This document shows positions 53,540 to 64,000 of a stretch of 64,000 bases of DNA, in pieces. Under the pieces are notes generated by a model, which saw only the letters and a program-made list of their open reading frames with translations, was not told the origin of the DNA and did no database searches. Source of the stretch: Octopus sinensis. Its lineage: Eukaryota. The stretch covers positions 38,874,001 through 38,938,000 of the forward strand of contig NC_043003.1 in assembly GCF_006345805.1 (NCBI RefSeq). The letters run 5' to 3'. The translations under genes were made by a program, and so were the position numbers. How positions within the stretch are numbered: position 1 is the stretch's first letter; every line of letters starts with the position of its first letter.

Positions 53540-54150
53540 AAATTTGCCTTTAACTCTACACTACGTAGTTTCTACAAAATTTTCTTTCCGCATTCCTTTA
53601 ATCATGCCGTTACGATTTCTGGGCAGAAAAAAATAACCCTAAAGACTACGATCCCTTCAACTTTACAAAGTGACAAGACTTGGCGTTTTCCTTTCAAATA
53701 ACACTCAAGTTGAGTTCCAGAGTTAGATGCTTTCCAGCCAATCCCTTTAATTCTCTCTTGCCCCATACAAATGACTCTAGAGAAACACGCGATTACGTTT
53801 TCCATTCTGAAAAAGAGATACCTCTGCTTCATTGATAACAAAAAGCCGATCGCTCTTGTTTCCACCATCTCAGTAGTGATGGAAATGGACTTAAACAGTT
53901 ACCTCTTTTAACCCCATGAAAAAATTCTCCCTCATCAGAGACCTCCGTTCAGCCAGATAGATCTACCAGATACTTGGTCTTATGTCAGTTACCAGTGGTT
54001 TTGCGCATTTGTGAATTTCAACGAAAGCATTGTTGTTGCAAGTGAGAGCAACAAAGCCTCCGATCGTATCTGGCACAAGAACCTCCTAGCTAAGTTACCT
54101 GCACCACGATTTCATCCATCTCTTATCTCCTGAATAAGATAACACCGTTA
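53540..54150 (-). mobile_element. Possible old L1/Tx1-like ORF2 C-terminal remnant
   Basis: Weak, frameshifted resemblance (KG..GK..SG.QL) to the 10191-11285 element. Confidence 0.3.
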
Positions 54151-54331
54151 TTGTGTATGCTGGGATTTTCTTAGATTTATACACTTTCAACTCTGTAATC
54201 TCTCTTTTCATTTAATAGCAATCACCATTGAAACCGTTTGTGAATATGGTCCTGAAAAACTAATTAAGAATATAGATAAAGAAGATGATTGTAAGTACAA
54301 GAGCCACATAATTAATTAATGTATAGTTTCC

Positions 54332-54366
<35 letters not shown>

Positions 54367-54452
54367 AGGCTACTGGAGTCCAGAGATGAATGCAAAAATT
54401 ATTATCGTTATTCTTACTACGTTTTGAATACATAACAACAACAACGACAATG

Positions 54453-54490
<38 letters not shown>

Positions 54491-54504
54491 GACAATGATT
54501 ATGG

Positions 54505-54538
<34 letters not shown>

Positions 54539-55699
54539 AATGACAAGAACACCACCACCACCACCACCACCAAGAATAATAATAACAATAACAATAGCAG
54601 CAGTAACAGACAGCAACTCCTCTCCCCGTCAACAACTCTTCCTCTCCCTCCTCTCCCCGTCCTCCTTTTACTCTCCCTTCTCTTTCTCCTCCCCTTCGTC
54701 GTTGTTGTCGTCATCGTCGTCTTCCTCCTCCTCGTCCTCCTCCTATTGCTGCTATTGCTGCTGCTGCTGCTGTTGCTTTAGTTGAAAAGAGGGGCATTAA
54801 TTAAAAACACTAATCACATGTCTGATAAAGCAACACCAACCTTGAAGAGAGGAATATTAATTAAAAACGCTAATGGTATGATGTTAGATAAAGAAAGAGA
54901 GATAAGTGAATTAGACCAAACACAGTTGCAAATACTTCAGAAATAAAAGTAACGAAGAAGAATCAAAGACACACACGGATCAAAATACAAACGAATCAAA
55001 GAAAATTCCAAGAGAGAATTTTATAGTCGCATTATATTGAAACTCAATACAAAGCTAATAGCAAACACTAACGTCATTGGATGCAAGTAAATGGAAACTC
55101 GCTACGGGCGAGCGGACAGAAGGAAAACCTTCAGCAGAAGAACTCACGTCAAGCACGTGTTTCGGTTCATTAATTCCTGACGCTCTGAGGTAGACGAGCC
55201 CACTTACGTCATGACTCTCAGGTATCCTTTTGCTGTTTTGGAAATTCCACATTTAGTGGGGATTGAACTCGGAATCTTTGGTGATCTTATTTCCTTGAAC
55301 TCTGGTGCACGAAGATCACCGCATATGGCTTGGCCACGAAGGTCATCATAAGAACTTGCTCTGTAGATCTATTTAAAATCGGGTTTCCCTGCTACTATGT
55401 TTAGCAGCTTGCAGTATTCATTTTTAGCTCTTGACCCATAGCCAAATTGAACTCTTCTCACTGTTCGTTTGCGATCTTTGACTCCGAGCTGACTAATATT
55501 TGACACAAAGAGGCCACGAAAAATCCGACAAACCAGACAAACCCTTGTGCGCAAATTCTACCAACTCTCGTTTCAGCAATACGTTGTGATTATTAGATTA
55601 TATAACATGTATATTTTTCAACTAGATAATTATAGGACTGAAAAATAAACAAAAACTTATTTGTATTTAGAATTGCCTCTGGTAAAATTAGACACTAAA

Positions 55700-56010
55700 A
55701 TATATTTACCACAAATAGAATAAGGCAGGGACCTCCTGAAACTAAAAAAATATTATAAAGTATTAACTGTAAGGTATAAAAATTTACACAGACAGGGAAA
55801 TTAAAGCAAATCGACCAGATATTTTTGTCTACAGAAATAATTCCTATATCCAGTAGATAACATAGTATCTCTAAAATAAATGGAAAAATTACCCTAAATT
55901 AAAGATATGGAACTAAAAATAGCCAGTGTATGGGAACTAAAAGTATAAATAATCCTCATAATAATTGGTGTCTTGGGAATGACTAAAAATGAAGCAGATA
56001 AATAGATAAC
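55700..56010 (+). mobile_element. R4/Dong LINE endonuclease-domain fragment, decayed
   Basis: TDREIKANRPDIFV...IPVD...MEKLP..KDMELKIASVW...IIIGVLGM. Confidence 0.7.
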
Positions 56011-56346
56011 CTAACAATATATATGTATATACACACACATATTTATATATTTTTATGTAAACATATTTATTTGTATGTAAGCATACACGTGTATGCGCGC
56101 GCGCACACACACACACGCATACATATATGAATCTAAATCTAAATATATATACTCACAGATACGTACGTACGCCATACACACATACGTACATACATGTACG
56201 TATGTGTGTGTATGCATGCATGTATGTATGTATGTATGTATGTATGTATGTATGAATATGGCCTGGGACTATACTGGTCGAAATCTACGAAAGTTTTCAA
56301 AGTTATATATATACAGATATATATATATTATATGTATATATATCTG

Positions 56347-56411
<65 letters not shown>

Positions 56412-56419
56412 TATATAGA

Positions 56420-56473
<54 letters not shown>

Positions 56474-56516
56474 CTGTATATATAACTGTAATATGTGACA
56501 ATTATTCGGTAGCCAT

Positions 56517-56577
56517 GATAAAACTCCGAGTTTCGGATGCCGAGGTGGAAATCCACGCCGCCATCTCTTCAGTTATC
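56517..56577 (-). ncRNA. Type I hammerhead ribozyme motif with intact core, in a Penelope-like fragment
   Basis: Minus strand: GATAA (stem I) CTGAAGA [stem II GATG...GTGG ATTT CCAC...CATC] C GAAA CT CGG AG T T, cleavage site, TTATC (stem I). Stem II is imperfect and the triplet is GUU. Confidence 0.65.
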
Positions 56578-56759
56578 CAGCCATCGGCAAAATGCCTATT
56601 ATGTAAATAGAAGAATAGTAATATATATATAACTTTGAAAACTGATAGGTTTCCGCCAGTGTCTTTATCGATTATAGCCTATTCCACGTTATATGCAACA
56701 GTGTACATGCAAATGTATTTAACGCGATATTTGTATGTATATATATATATATATATATA

Positions 56760-56937
56760 TAGAACGTTAGCCACTACACACATTTTTTCTCTCCTTGTTT
56801 TCTGTGTCCCTTTTTGTAGAAGAGCGTAGGCTCGAAACGTAAAAGACTTTTTCTATTCCTGAGCGTTATACTAATACATCTGTTTGCTTTGTACACCACC
56901 TGTCTTCGTCTTTGTTTTTTTTCGTAACTCTCCCTAT
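56760..56937 (+). mobile_element. Family G Penelope-like terminal fragment; hammerhead-like motif at 56810-56845
   Basis: CTTT TTGTAGA A GAGC GTAG GCTC GAAA CGT A AAAG, with (TA)n on both sides. Confidence 0.6.
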
Positions 56938-56961
56938 ATATATATATATATATATATTATA

Positions 56962-56992
<31 letters not shown>

Positions 56993-57038
56993 TAGACATA
57001 GATATAGATATATATATATACATATATATGTATGTATA

Positions 57039-57094
<56 letters not shown>

Positions 57095-57098
57095 ATAT

Positions 57099-57136
<38 letters not shown>

Positions 57137-57469
57137 CACTATATATACACACACATACAAATATGGCGTTAAATGCATTTGCTTTTACACTATTGCATAT
57201 AGCATGGAATAGGCTATAATCTATAAAGAGAACAAAACATATGTAAAAGAATATTAGGAAACAATATCAGTGATATTTTAAATATTCATTTCCTATAGAT
57301 GTTTCAGTAATTCTTACGTTAAATTATAACAACAACCATGATTATATAATTATACAATTATTTGAGTATCCGAGTCGTTAATAATGACGGAGTTATTGTT
57401 GTAAAATGTAAAAAGGCCCGAGGATGTAAATAAAAATACCAAAATAATAGGAAAATAAAAGAAAATTAT

Positions 57470-57817
57470 ATTTCTATCTATCTATCCGCTCAGTCGAAGT
57501 CGACTCTCGGTTACTCGATGGATCAGTGTCCTCCAGTCAGTTCTATCCTGGGCCGCTTCTTTCAGATTGGCTATGTTCATTCCGGTATCACTCTTGATGG
57601 TGTCAAGCCAGCGGGTTCTTGGTCGGCCTCTTCCTCTCTTGCCACTGACCATTCTGAGCATGATGTCCTTCTCCAGGGATTTTCTCCGCATAATATGACC
57701 AAAATATGTCAATCTATGCTTGGTGATCCTAGCTTCTAGCGACATTTTTGGCCTGATCTGCTTAAGAACTTCTCCATTGGTGAGCCTCGCTGTCCATGGA
57801 ATCCGTAAAAGTCTCAA
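57470..57817 (-). mobile_element. RTE/BovB-like LINE 3' end, 5'-truncated
   Basis: Uninterrupted ORF RLLRIPWTAR...YFGHIMRR..LEKDIML....GKRGRGRPRTRWLD...DRTDWR..IHRVTESRLRLSG*, followed by a short (TAGA)n tail. Confidence 0.9.
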
Positions 57818-58270
57818 ATATTATACAGCTTTGATTATTTTTAATATGTACAATACGTTGTAGCCAGTGATTCAATCGTTATTCTACATTGTTATTTTCT
57901 ACAATAAATGTTCTGCCTAATTTCACAAACGTTGCACAAGTATGTTATCAAAACTTCCAAAGTATATGCATATTTACACGTGGGTGCGTGATCTTACAAA
58001 CAGGTTACAGCATTTTCTAAAGGTTTTCAAGGCACAGTAGGTTTAGTTTATGCAAAATTTGCTTATTTACAACATATTTGACACATTTCACTCAAATGCT
58101 ACAATGTACATGATAAGCATTATTATTGACATTCACTGCAAAAGTTCCCGAAGAACAACATTTTTTGTATAGAAACGAGGCAGCACAAACCACCATGGCC
58201 TTCTGAATTTTCAATCTGTAATTCCACATTATTTGTTGTTTGTTCTGATAAAAAAAAACAAAAAACATAC

Positions 58271-58675
58271 AGGCGTAGGAGTGGCTGTGTGGTAAGTAGC
58301 TTGCTAACCACCCACATGGTTCCGGTTTCAGTCCCACTGCGTGGCATCTTGGGCAAGTGTCTTCTGCTATAGCCCCGGGCCGACCAATGCCTTGTGAGTG
58401 GATTTGGTAGACGGAAACTGAAAGAAGCCTGTCGTATATATGTATATATATGTATATATGTGTATGTTTGTGTGTGTGTGTGTTTGTCCCCCTAGCATTG
58501 CTTGACAACCGATGCTGGTGTGTTTACGTCCCCGTCACTTAACGGTTCGGCAAAAGAGACCGATAGAATAAGTACTGGGCTTACAAAGAATAAGTCCTGG
58601 GGGTCGATTTGCTCGACTAAAGGCGGTGCTCCAGCATGGCGGCAGTCAAAATGACTGAAACAACTAAAAGAGAGT
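58271..58675 (+). mobile_element. SINE family C, full length
   Basis: Family match. Confidence 0.85.
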
Positions 58676-59104
58676 AAATACATGTATGCAGTGAAAACAC
58701 TATAAAAGGTAATAGTGGAATACAGGGGGATATATGAAGTAGATTAATTAACAGGAAAATAAGCGTACATATAAATACATGTAGTTTATCAAATGTATGT
58801 TGATGACACATAATGTAATTTATATATTGATTAGATTTACCAATGAGGAAAAAAAAGAGAGAACATTAATTTGATCAACGTTTATGAACATATAAAGATT
58901 AACAGAGCATTATGACACAGAGAAGAGAGCAGAATGAAGTCTCGAATACAAAAAATAAACGGAACGACTCGAGTCCGTGTTGAATAATTTAGAACCTGTG
59001 TCGAATAATTTAAAACTTATGCCGAATGATTTAGAAAATAATCAATTAAGATGGGACAAATTCAACAGCCTCAAATGATTAAGTGTTACTCGCATAAGAA
59101 AGTA

Positions 59105-59470
59105 TATAGGAATGGCTGTGTGGTAAGAAGGTTCGACACCACATAGTTCCGGCTTCAGTCCCAGTGCGTGGTACCTTGGGTGTCTTCTACTATAGCAACG
59201 GGCTGACCAAAGCCTTGTGAGTGCATTTGGTAGACCGAAACTGAAAGAAGCCTGTCATATCCTTACATCTATTTGCCCCCTTCCCATCGCTTGACAACCG
59301 ATGTTGGTGTGTTTACGACCCAGTAACTTAGCAGTTCGGCAAAAGCAACCGATAGATTAAGTACTAGGTTTACAAAGAATAAGTGCTGGGGTCGATTTGC
59401 TCGAATAAAGGTGGTTCTCCAGCATGGCCACAGTCAAATAACTGAAACAAGTAAAAGAATAAAAGAATAT
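59105..59470 (+). mobile_element. SINE family C, diverged, lacking the internal microsatellite
   Basis: Family match. Confidence 0.75.
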
Positions 59471-59773
59471 AAATACACGTATTGTATTATATACAGGGAC
59501 AAGAAATACATATTGATAGAAGAATATCAATGTGTGTGCGTGTGTGTGTGTGTGTGTGCGTGCGGGTATGTATGTATGTATGTATGTATGTATGTATGTA
59601 TGTATGTATGTATGTATGTATGTATGTGTGAGTGCGTGTATATATGTATGTTCTTTTTCTCTTTTTAATTTAGAATAAATTTTAATCGGTAATCAATTTC
59701 GTAGCAAGGTTATGAAGGAAAGCAATCATCCTTTAAGTCTTGCAGATTTTTATCATCCTATATATTGAGATCA

Positions 59774-59873
59774 NNNNNNNNNNNNNNNNNNNNNNNNNNN
59801 NNNNNNNNNNNNNNNNNNNNNNNNNNNNNNNNNNNNNNNNNNNNNNNNNNNNNNNNNNNNNNNNNNNNNNNNN
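59774..59873. other. Assembly gap (100 N)
   Basis: Read directly; the round length suggests a gap of unknown size. Confidence 0.99.
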
Positions 59874-60162
59874 GCAGATAGAAGTGACATGAAAGTGTAG
59901 ACGTTTAAACATCTACCATCTCATCTCACTTCTTACATCTCTTCTATATACATACATTCTCTCCACCATTTTATCTAAACCTCAACCAGAGTCATTCTTG
60001 CTAGCCATGCACTTACGAGAGAGGTTAACGTGAGGTCTGTTTTATTTTTAGAATTACTACTACTACTACTACTACTACATGAAAAAACGAATTTATGTGA
60101 CAGTCCAGTACACACATAGAAACGCGCTAACACACATGCACGCACGGACACGCACACACATA

Positions 60163-60206
<44 letters not shown>

Positions 60207-60299
60207 CTCTCTCTCACTCACACAAATAAATAAATACACACACACACACACACATGGACAACAAATGCTGTATGAAATCTTTTATTTCCAATATCGATT

Positions 60300-60778
60300 G
60301 AAACATTTACCATTTAAACCGGTCAGTCACATCAGGCCAAAATATTCTGCTTGTTTTATATATTTCTATACTACCCACAAGGGGCTAAACACAAAGGGGA
60401 CAAACAAGGACAGACAAATGGATTAAGTGGATTACATCGACCCCAGTGCGTAACTGGAACTTAATTTATCGACCCCGAAAGGATGAAAGGCAAAGTCGAC
60501 CACGGTGGAATTTGAACTCAGAACCTAACGGCAGACGAAATACCGCTAAGCATTTCGCCCGACGAGCTAACGATTCTGCCAGCTCGCCGCCTTTCTGCTT
60601 GTTTTCTATTCAAACTAACCAGATCCAGGCTTTCTCACTTCCCTACAATGTCGCTCTAAGAATAAAACAATCACATCATTGAGATCTCGAAGCTACGAGA
60701 TAATGCGTAATTAATTCAAAACAATATGAATAAATAAGCATTACATTTGTGAGATTAATCTAAATGCTAAAGAGTTAA
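60300..60778. mobile_element. piggyBac-like MITE interrupted by a SINE B insertion (about 60362-60592)
   Basis: Right end is aatgctaaagag followed by TTAA; left end is a decayed aacatttaccattt. The SINE is flanked by TSD ttctgcttgtttt at 60345-60357 and 60593-60605. Confidence 0.55.
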
Positions 60779-61182
60779 AAAATGTGCATATTTCATTTAC
60801 AAAAACGCACAAACCTATTAACCATTGATGAAACGCTCAGACACACAGTCGTCTGCCCCCCACAACACCTAATTATCTCTTAATCACTAATCCACCCTTT
60901 CCACCGGTGTTCATAATTCAATGCTTACTTAAGAAGCTGCTGCTGTATTGCTGCTGCTGTTGCAGTTACTACAGATACTGCTTCTGCAGATTAACCTCAC
61001 AGATTATAACGCGAATTATCCACCTACACATAACACTTTATTGTGTACTTTAGTTAGTTATCCTCCTATTCTTATGTTCTTTCCTTTACTTCGTCTCATT
61101 TATTTCTCTAGTATTTTCATTTCTACACCTCTAGATTCTTCTCACCCTCTCTCTCAGTATATATATATATATATATATATAT

Positions 61183-61325
61183 AAGGAGAGTTTACGGAAA
61201 TAACAAAAGACGAAGACAGGTGGTGTACAAAACAAACAGATGTATTAGTATAACGCTCAAGAATAGAAACAGTCTTTCACGTTTCGAGCCTACGCTCTTC
61301 TACGGAAAGGGTCACAGAAAAAAAC
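61183..61325 (-). mobile_element. Family G Penelope-like terminal fragment; motif at 61274-61309
   Basis: Minus strand reads CTTT CCGTAGA A GAGC GTAG GCTC GAAA CGT G AAAG; abuts (TA)n. Confidence 0.6.
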
Positions 61326-61347
61326 AATAAATATCAGGGTATGAGAG

Positions 61348-61446
<99 letters not shown>

Positions 61447-61477
61447 TGTATATATACATATAGATGTAGGTATGTAC

Positions 61478-61508
<31 letters not shown>

Positions 61509-61531
61509 CCTATGTTTTATTTGTTAAATTG

Positions 61532-61567
<36 letters not shown>

Positions 61568-62037
61568 CAAATAAAACATATGCATACATACATACTGGTC
61601 AAACGACTGCGTAGAAGCTCTCTCGATTGTTTGAAGGGCCAGTGAGTGTTATTGTGGCGCCAACACTGGGAGTTATGTTCAAGTGGAAATGGATTGGAAT
61701 TTTGGTAGGGGTCATAAATTGAAACGGAGCTCAGGTTCTACACACATCAAAGAGTGGTTTAAGTGATGGATCAACAACACAATATACATACATACATGGA
61801 CACACACACACACACACACACACATAATTGTATACATATATACAGAGAGGGAATATAAAACGCTGTTCGAGAATTCCTTATACTGAATTCGGTTTCGGCA
61901 AATGGATGTGTGTGTGTGGGTAGGGGGTATGTATACATATATGTATATATATGCAAATGTATGTATGTAAGTATTATGTATGTATGTATGTATGTATGTA
62001 TGTATGTATGTATGTATGTATGTATGTATGTATGTGT

Positions 62038-62087
<50 letters not shown>

Positions 62088-62219
62088 GAGAGAGAGAGAG
62101 TGAGAAAGAAAGAGAGAGAGAGGGAGAGGAGGTAAGAGAAAATGTGTTTATGTGTGTGTGTGTAAAACAAATCAGCTGTCCAGGTTATGTATTAACAATA
62201 AATTAACAATAAATTAACA

Positions 62220-62425
62220 AGGCGCAGGAGTGGCTGTGTGGTAAGTAAGCTACTCTTTTTAATGCCTTTATGGCAAATCTTAATGAAATAAGGTAGCTTG
62301 CTTACCAACCACATGGTTCCGGGTTCAGTCCCACTGCGTGGCACCTTGGGCAAGTGTCTTCTACTTTAGCCTAGGGCCGACAAAATTTTTGTGAGTGGAT
62401 TTGGTGGACGGAAACTGAAAGAAGC
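62220..62425 (+). mobile_element. SINE family C 5' half with a ~45 bp insertion in the head
   Basis: Family match. Confidence 0.75.
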
Positions 62426-62614
62426 AGCACTACCGCTACCTGCACCACCGCCGCCGCCGCCACCACCACCACCACCACCAATTACAACAATAACCCAAAC
62501 AACAACAAAACATGTCAACGAGGGACTCAATAAACACTCTTTCGATCGAATTGCTGCCAAATTTTCAACCGTCTTAAAAAGGACATCGTAAACAAGAAAT
62601 CCAAAATAAGTAAT

Positions 62615-62648
<34 letters not shown>

Positions 62649-62650
<2 letters not shown>

Positions 62651-63203
62651 GCCCTGATGCAGTACCAGACAGTGGCTCTCATGGCTTCTGATCTTAATTG
62701 ATTGGAAGTGTTATCATGTATATGTTTTGTCTTGGTGTAAAAGATGGGCTACAGCAAATATTCTGCTCTATACCACAGATTTGCTTGTTAGTTGTTTGAT
62801 CTTAACCAGTTGACCATGTCCCTTAGTGGTTGATGATATGTGCATCTCTGATCACGAGCAGAAGTAGTGGGGGAGCATCATATCCATGCGTTGAGAGGGA
62901 TTCTTTGGGGTTTGAATAAATCGCCTCTGGAAACATGGGTGTTTCGTTCAACATCCTTAAACAACCCTTATTCAGGGATCTTTTGAGCAGGATGGGTTAC
63001 TCGACCAGAAGAAAATTCTAACTGGTCCCCACCTGCAAGGTCATGTGCTGTTTATCTTGACATGAGACCACCATGTCGCGCACATATGGTTGTGATACAT
63101 GTGCCTGATGTACCCTTTTCAGACGGGTAGTCATGATGAGTATACTGGGCTTCGTATATTTTACCCCAGTGTCACTTTGATGGCATGCACTGCTCTCTCA
63201 CTC
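62649..63203 (+). mobile_element. Family A element, copy 4
   Basis: Between (AAT)n tracts; runs tgccctgatgcagtacc...ctctctcactc. Confidence 0.8.
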
Positions 63204-63204
63204 A

Positions 63205-63262
<58 letters not shown>

Positions 63263-63269
<7 letters not shown>

Positions 63270-63690
63270 ATCCCTTGCGATCACAATATAGCGGCGAAAG
63301 TATTTGACAAGATTAGTAAATATAAAGACCTGCTAACAGAAATTGAAAAAATGTGGCATCGCAAGGCGACTACAGTACCAGTGATTGTAGGATCTCTAGG
63401 AATGATAAAAAAGGTACTGAAACCTATTTGAAAATGATTCCAGGTTTACCATCCCTACAGGAAGTGCAAAAAATCGTATTAACTGGAACAGCTCATGTAC
63501 TGTGAAGAGCATTATCGCTGTGAAAACAACATCCATCCATGAATTTATTTATTTATTAATTCTTAAATACATATTTTATCTGTGAATTTGCGTGTGTAAT
63601 CTGGGAATGCATGCAATGAGCCTCTCTGCCCTAGGTGTATGGAAAACACTCGGCGAGAAACGGAAGAAAATTTGAAGAAAGGAAAAAACA
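63263..63690 (+). mobile_element. R4/Dong LINE 3' end plus UTR and (TAA)n tail
   Basis: MSIPCDHNIAAKVFDKISKYKDLLTEIEKMW...VPVIVGSLGMIKK (frameshift)...QKIVLTGTAHVL*RALSL*, with TAA repeats on both sides. Confidence 0.85.
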
Positions 63691-63710
63691 TAATAATAAT
63701 AATAATAATA

Positions 63711-63772
<62 letters not shown>

Positions 63773-64000
63773 GAGTGATGAAGATTGGAATGCTCGTAAT
63801 CATTGGTACACTCAGTTAGAACTGAGTTAAGGTTAAGAATCATCATCATCAACATCATCATCATCTGCGGCAGCAGCAACTTCCGCAACAGAGGTCAACA
63901 ACATATAATGCATAACCTAAAACAACAGCTACAGTTCAAACCAAGTGAATAAGCAGGTGAAAATATAGTTCTTGCAAAAAATTCTAATTAAAAAATTAGT

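Noticed and set aside
55050-55560. Moderately GC-rich unique segment with a near-open minus-strand frame
   Set aside because: It has an internal stop and no recognisable domain or supported splice sites.
58975-59040. Three 21-bp tandem units that could be mistaken for a CRISPR-like or coding repeat
   Set aside because: Contiguous units without spacers, in a eukaryotic context, and the reading frame is closed upstream.
59700-59950. Any relationship between features on either side of the N run
   Set aside because: The 100-N gap is of unknown true size, so adjacency is not established.
62649-62760. Ribozyme (HDV-like or hammerhead) at the 5' end of family A (gccctgatgcag...)
   Set aside because: CTGATGC lacks the core A9, there is no matching GAAA or stems, and I could not assign P1-P4/L3 for an HDV fold.

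Overview
AT-rich, repeat-saturated eukaryotic DNA with one 100-N scaffold gap (59774-59873). The SINE families and microsatellite load resemble a coleoid cephalopod (octopus) genome; this is inferred from recall, not a database search. I found no intact protein-coding gene, and most supplied ORFs are translated microsatellites. The one clear functional gene is tRNA-Ser(GCT) at 39144-39225. Everything else recognisable is mobile DNA. Retroelements: R4/Dong-clade LINE fragments in (TAA)n tracts, L1/Tx1-like and RTE/BovB-like LINE fragments, several tRNA-derived SINE families (dozens of copies), and Penelope-like terminal fragments. DNA transposons: mariner and DD37D (maT) transposase pseudogenes, a Merlin transposase remnant with TIRs, non-autonomous Helitrons, MITEs and a nested long-TIR element. 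The best leads are hammerhead-ribozyme motifs (one with an intact core, plus a family fixed for an atypical core) and a ~545 bp non-coding element found four times, always inside (TAA)n in the same polarity as R4/Dong LINEs. Others are a perfect 52-bp-arm palindrome, a ~450 bp local duplication and a nested 8-bp-TSD foldback element. Family labels A-G are my own, and repeat boundaries are read by eye and approximate unless TSDs or TIRs are quoted.
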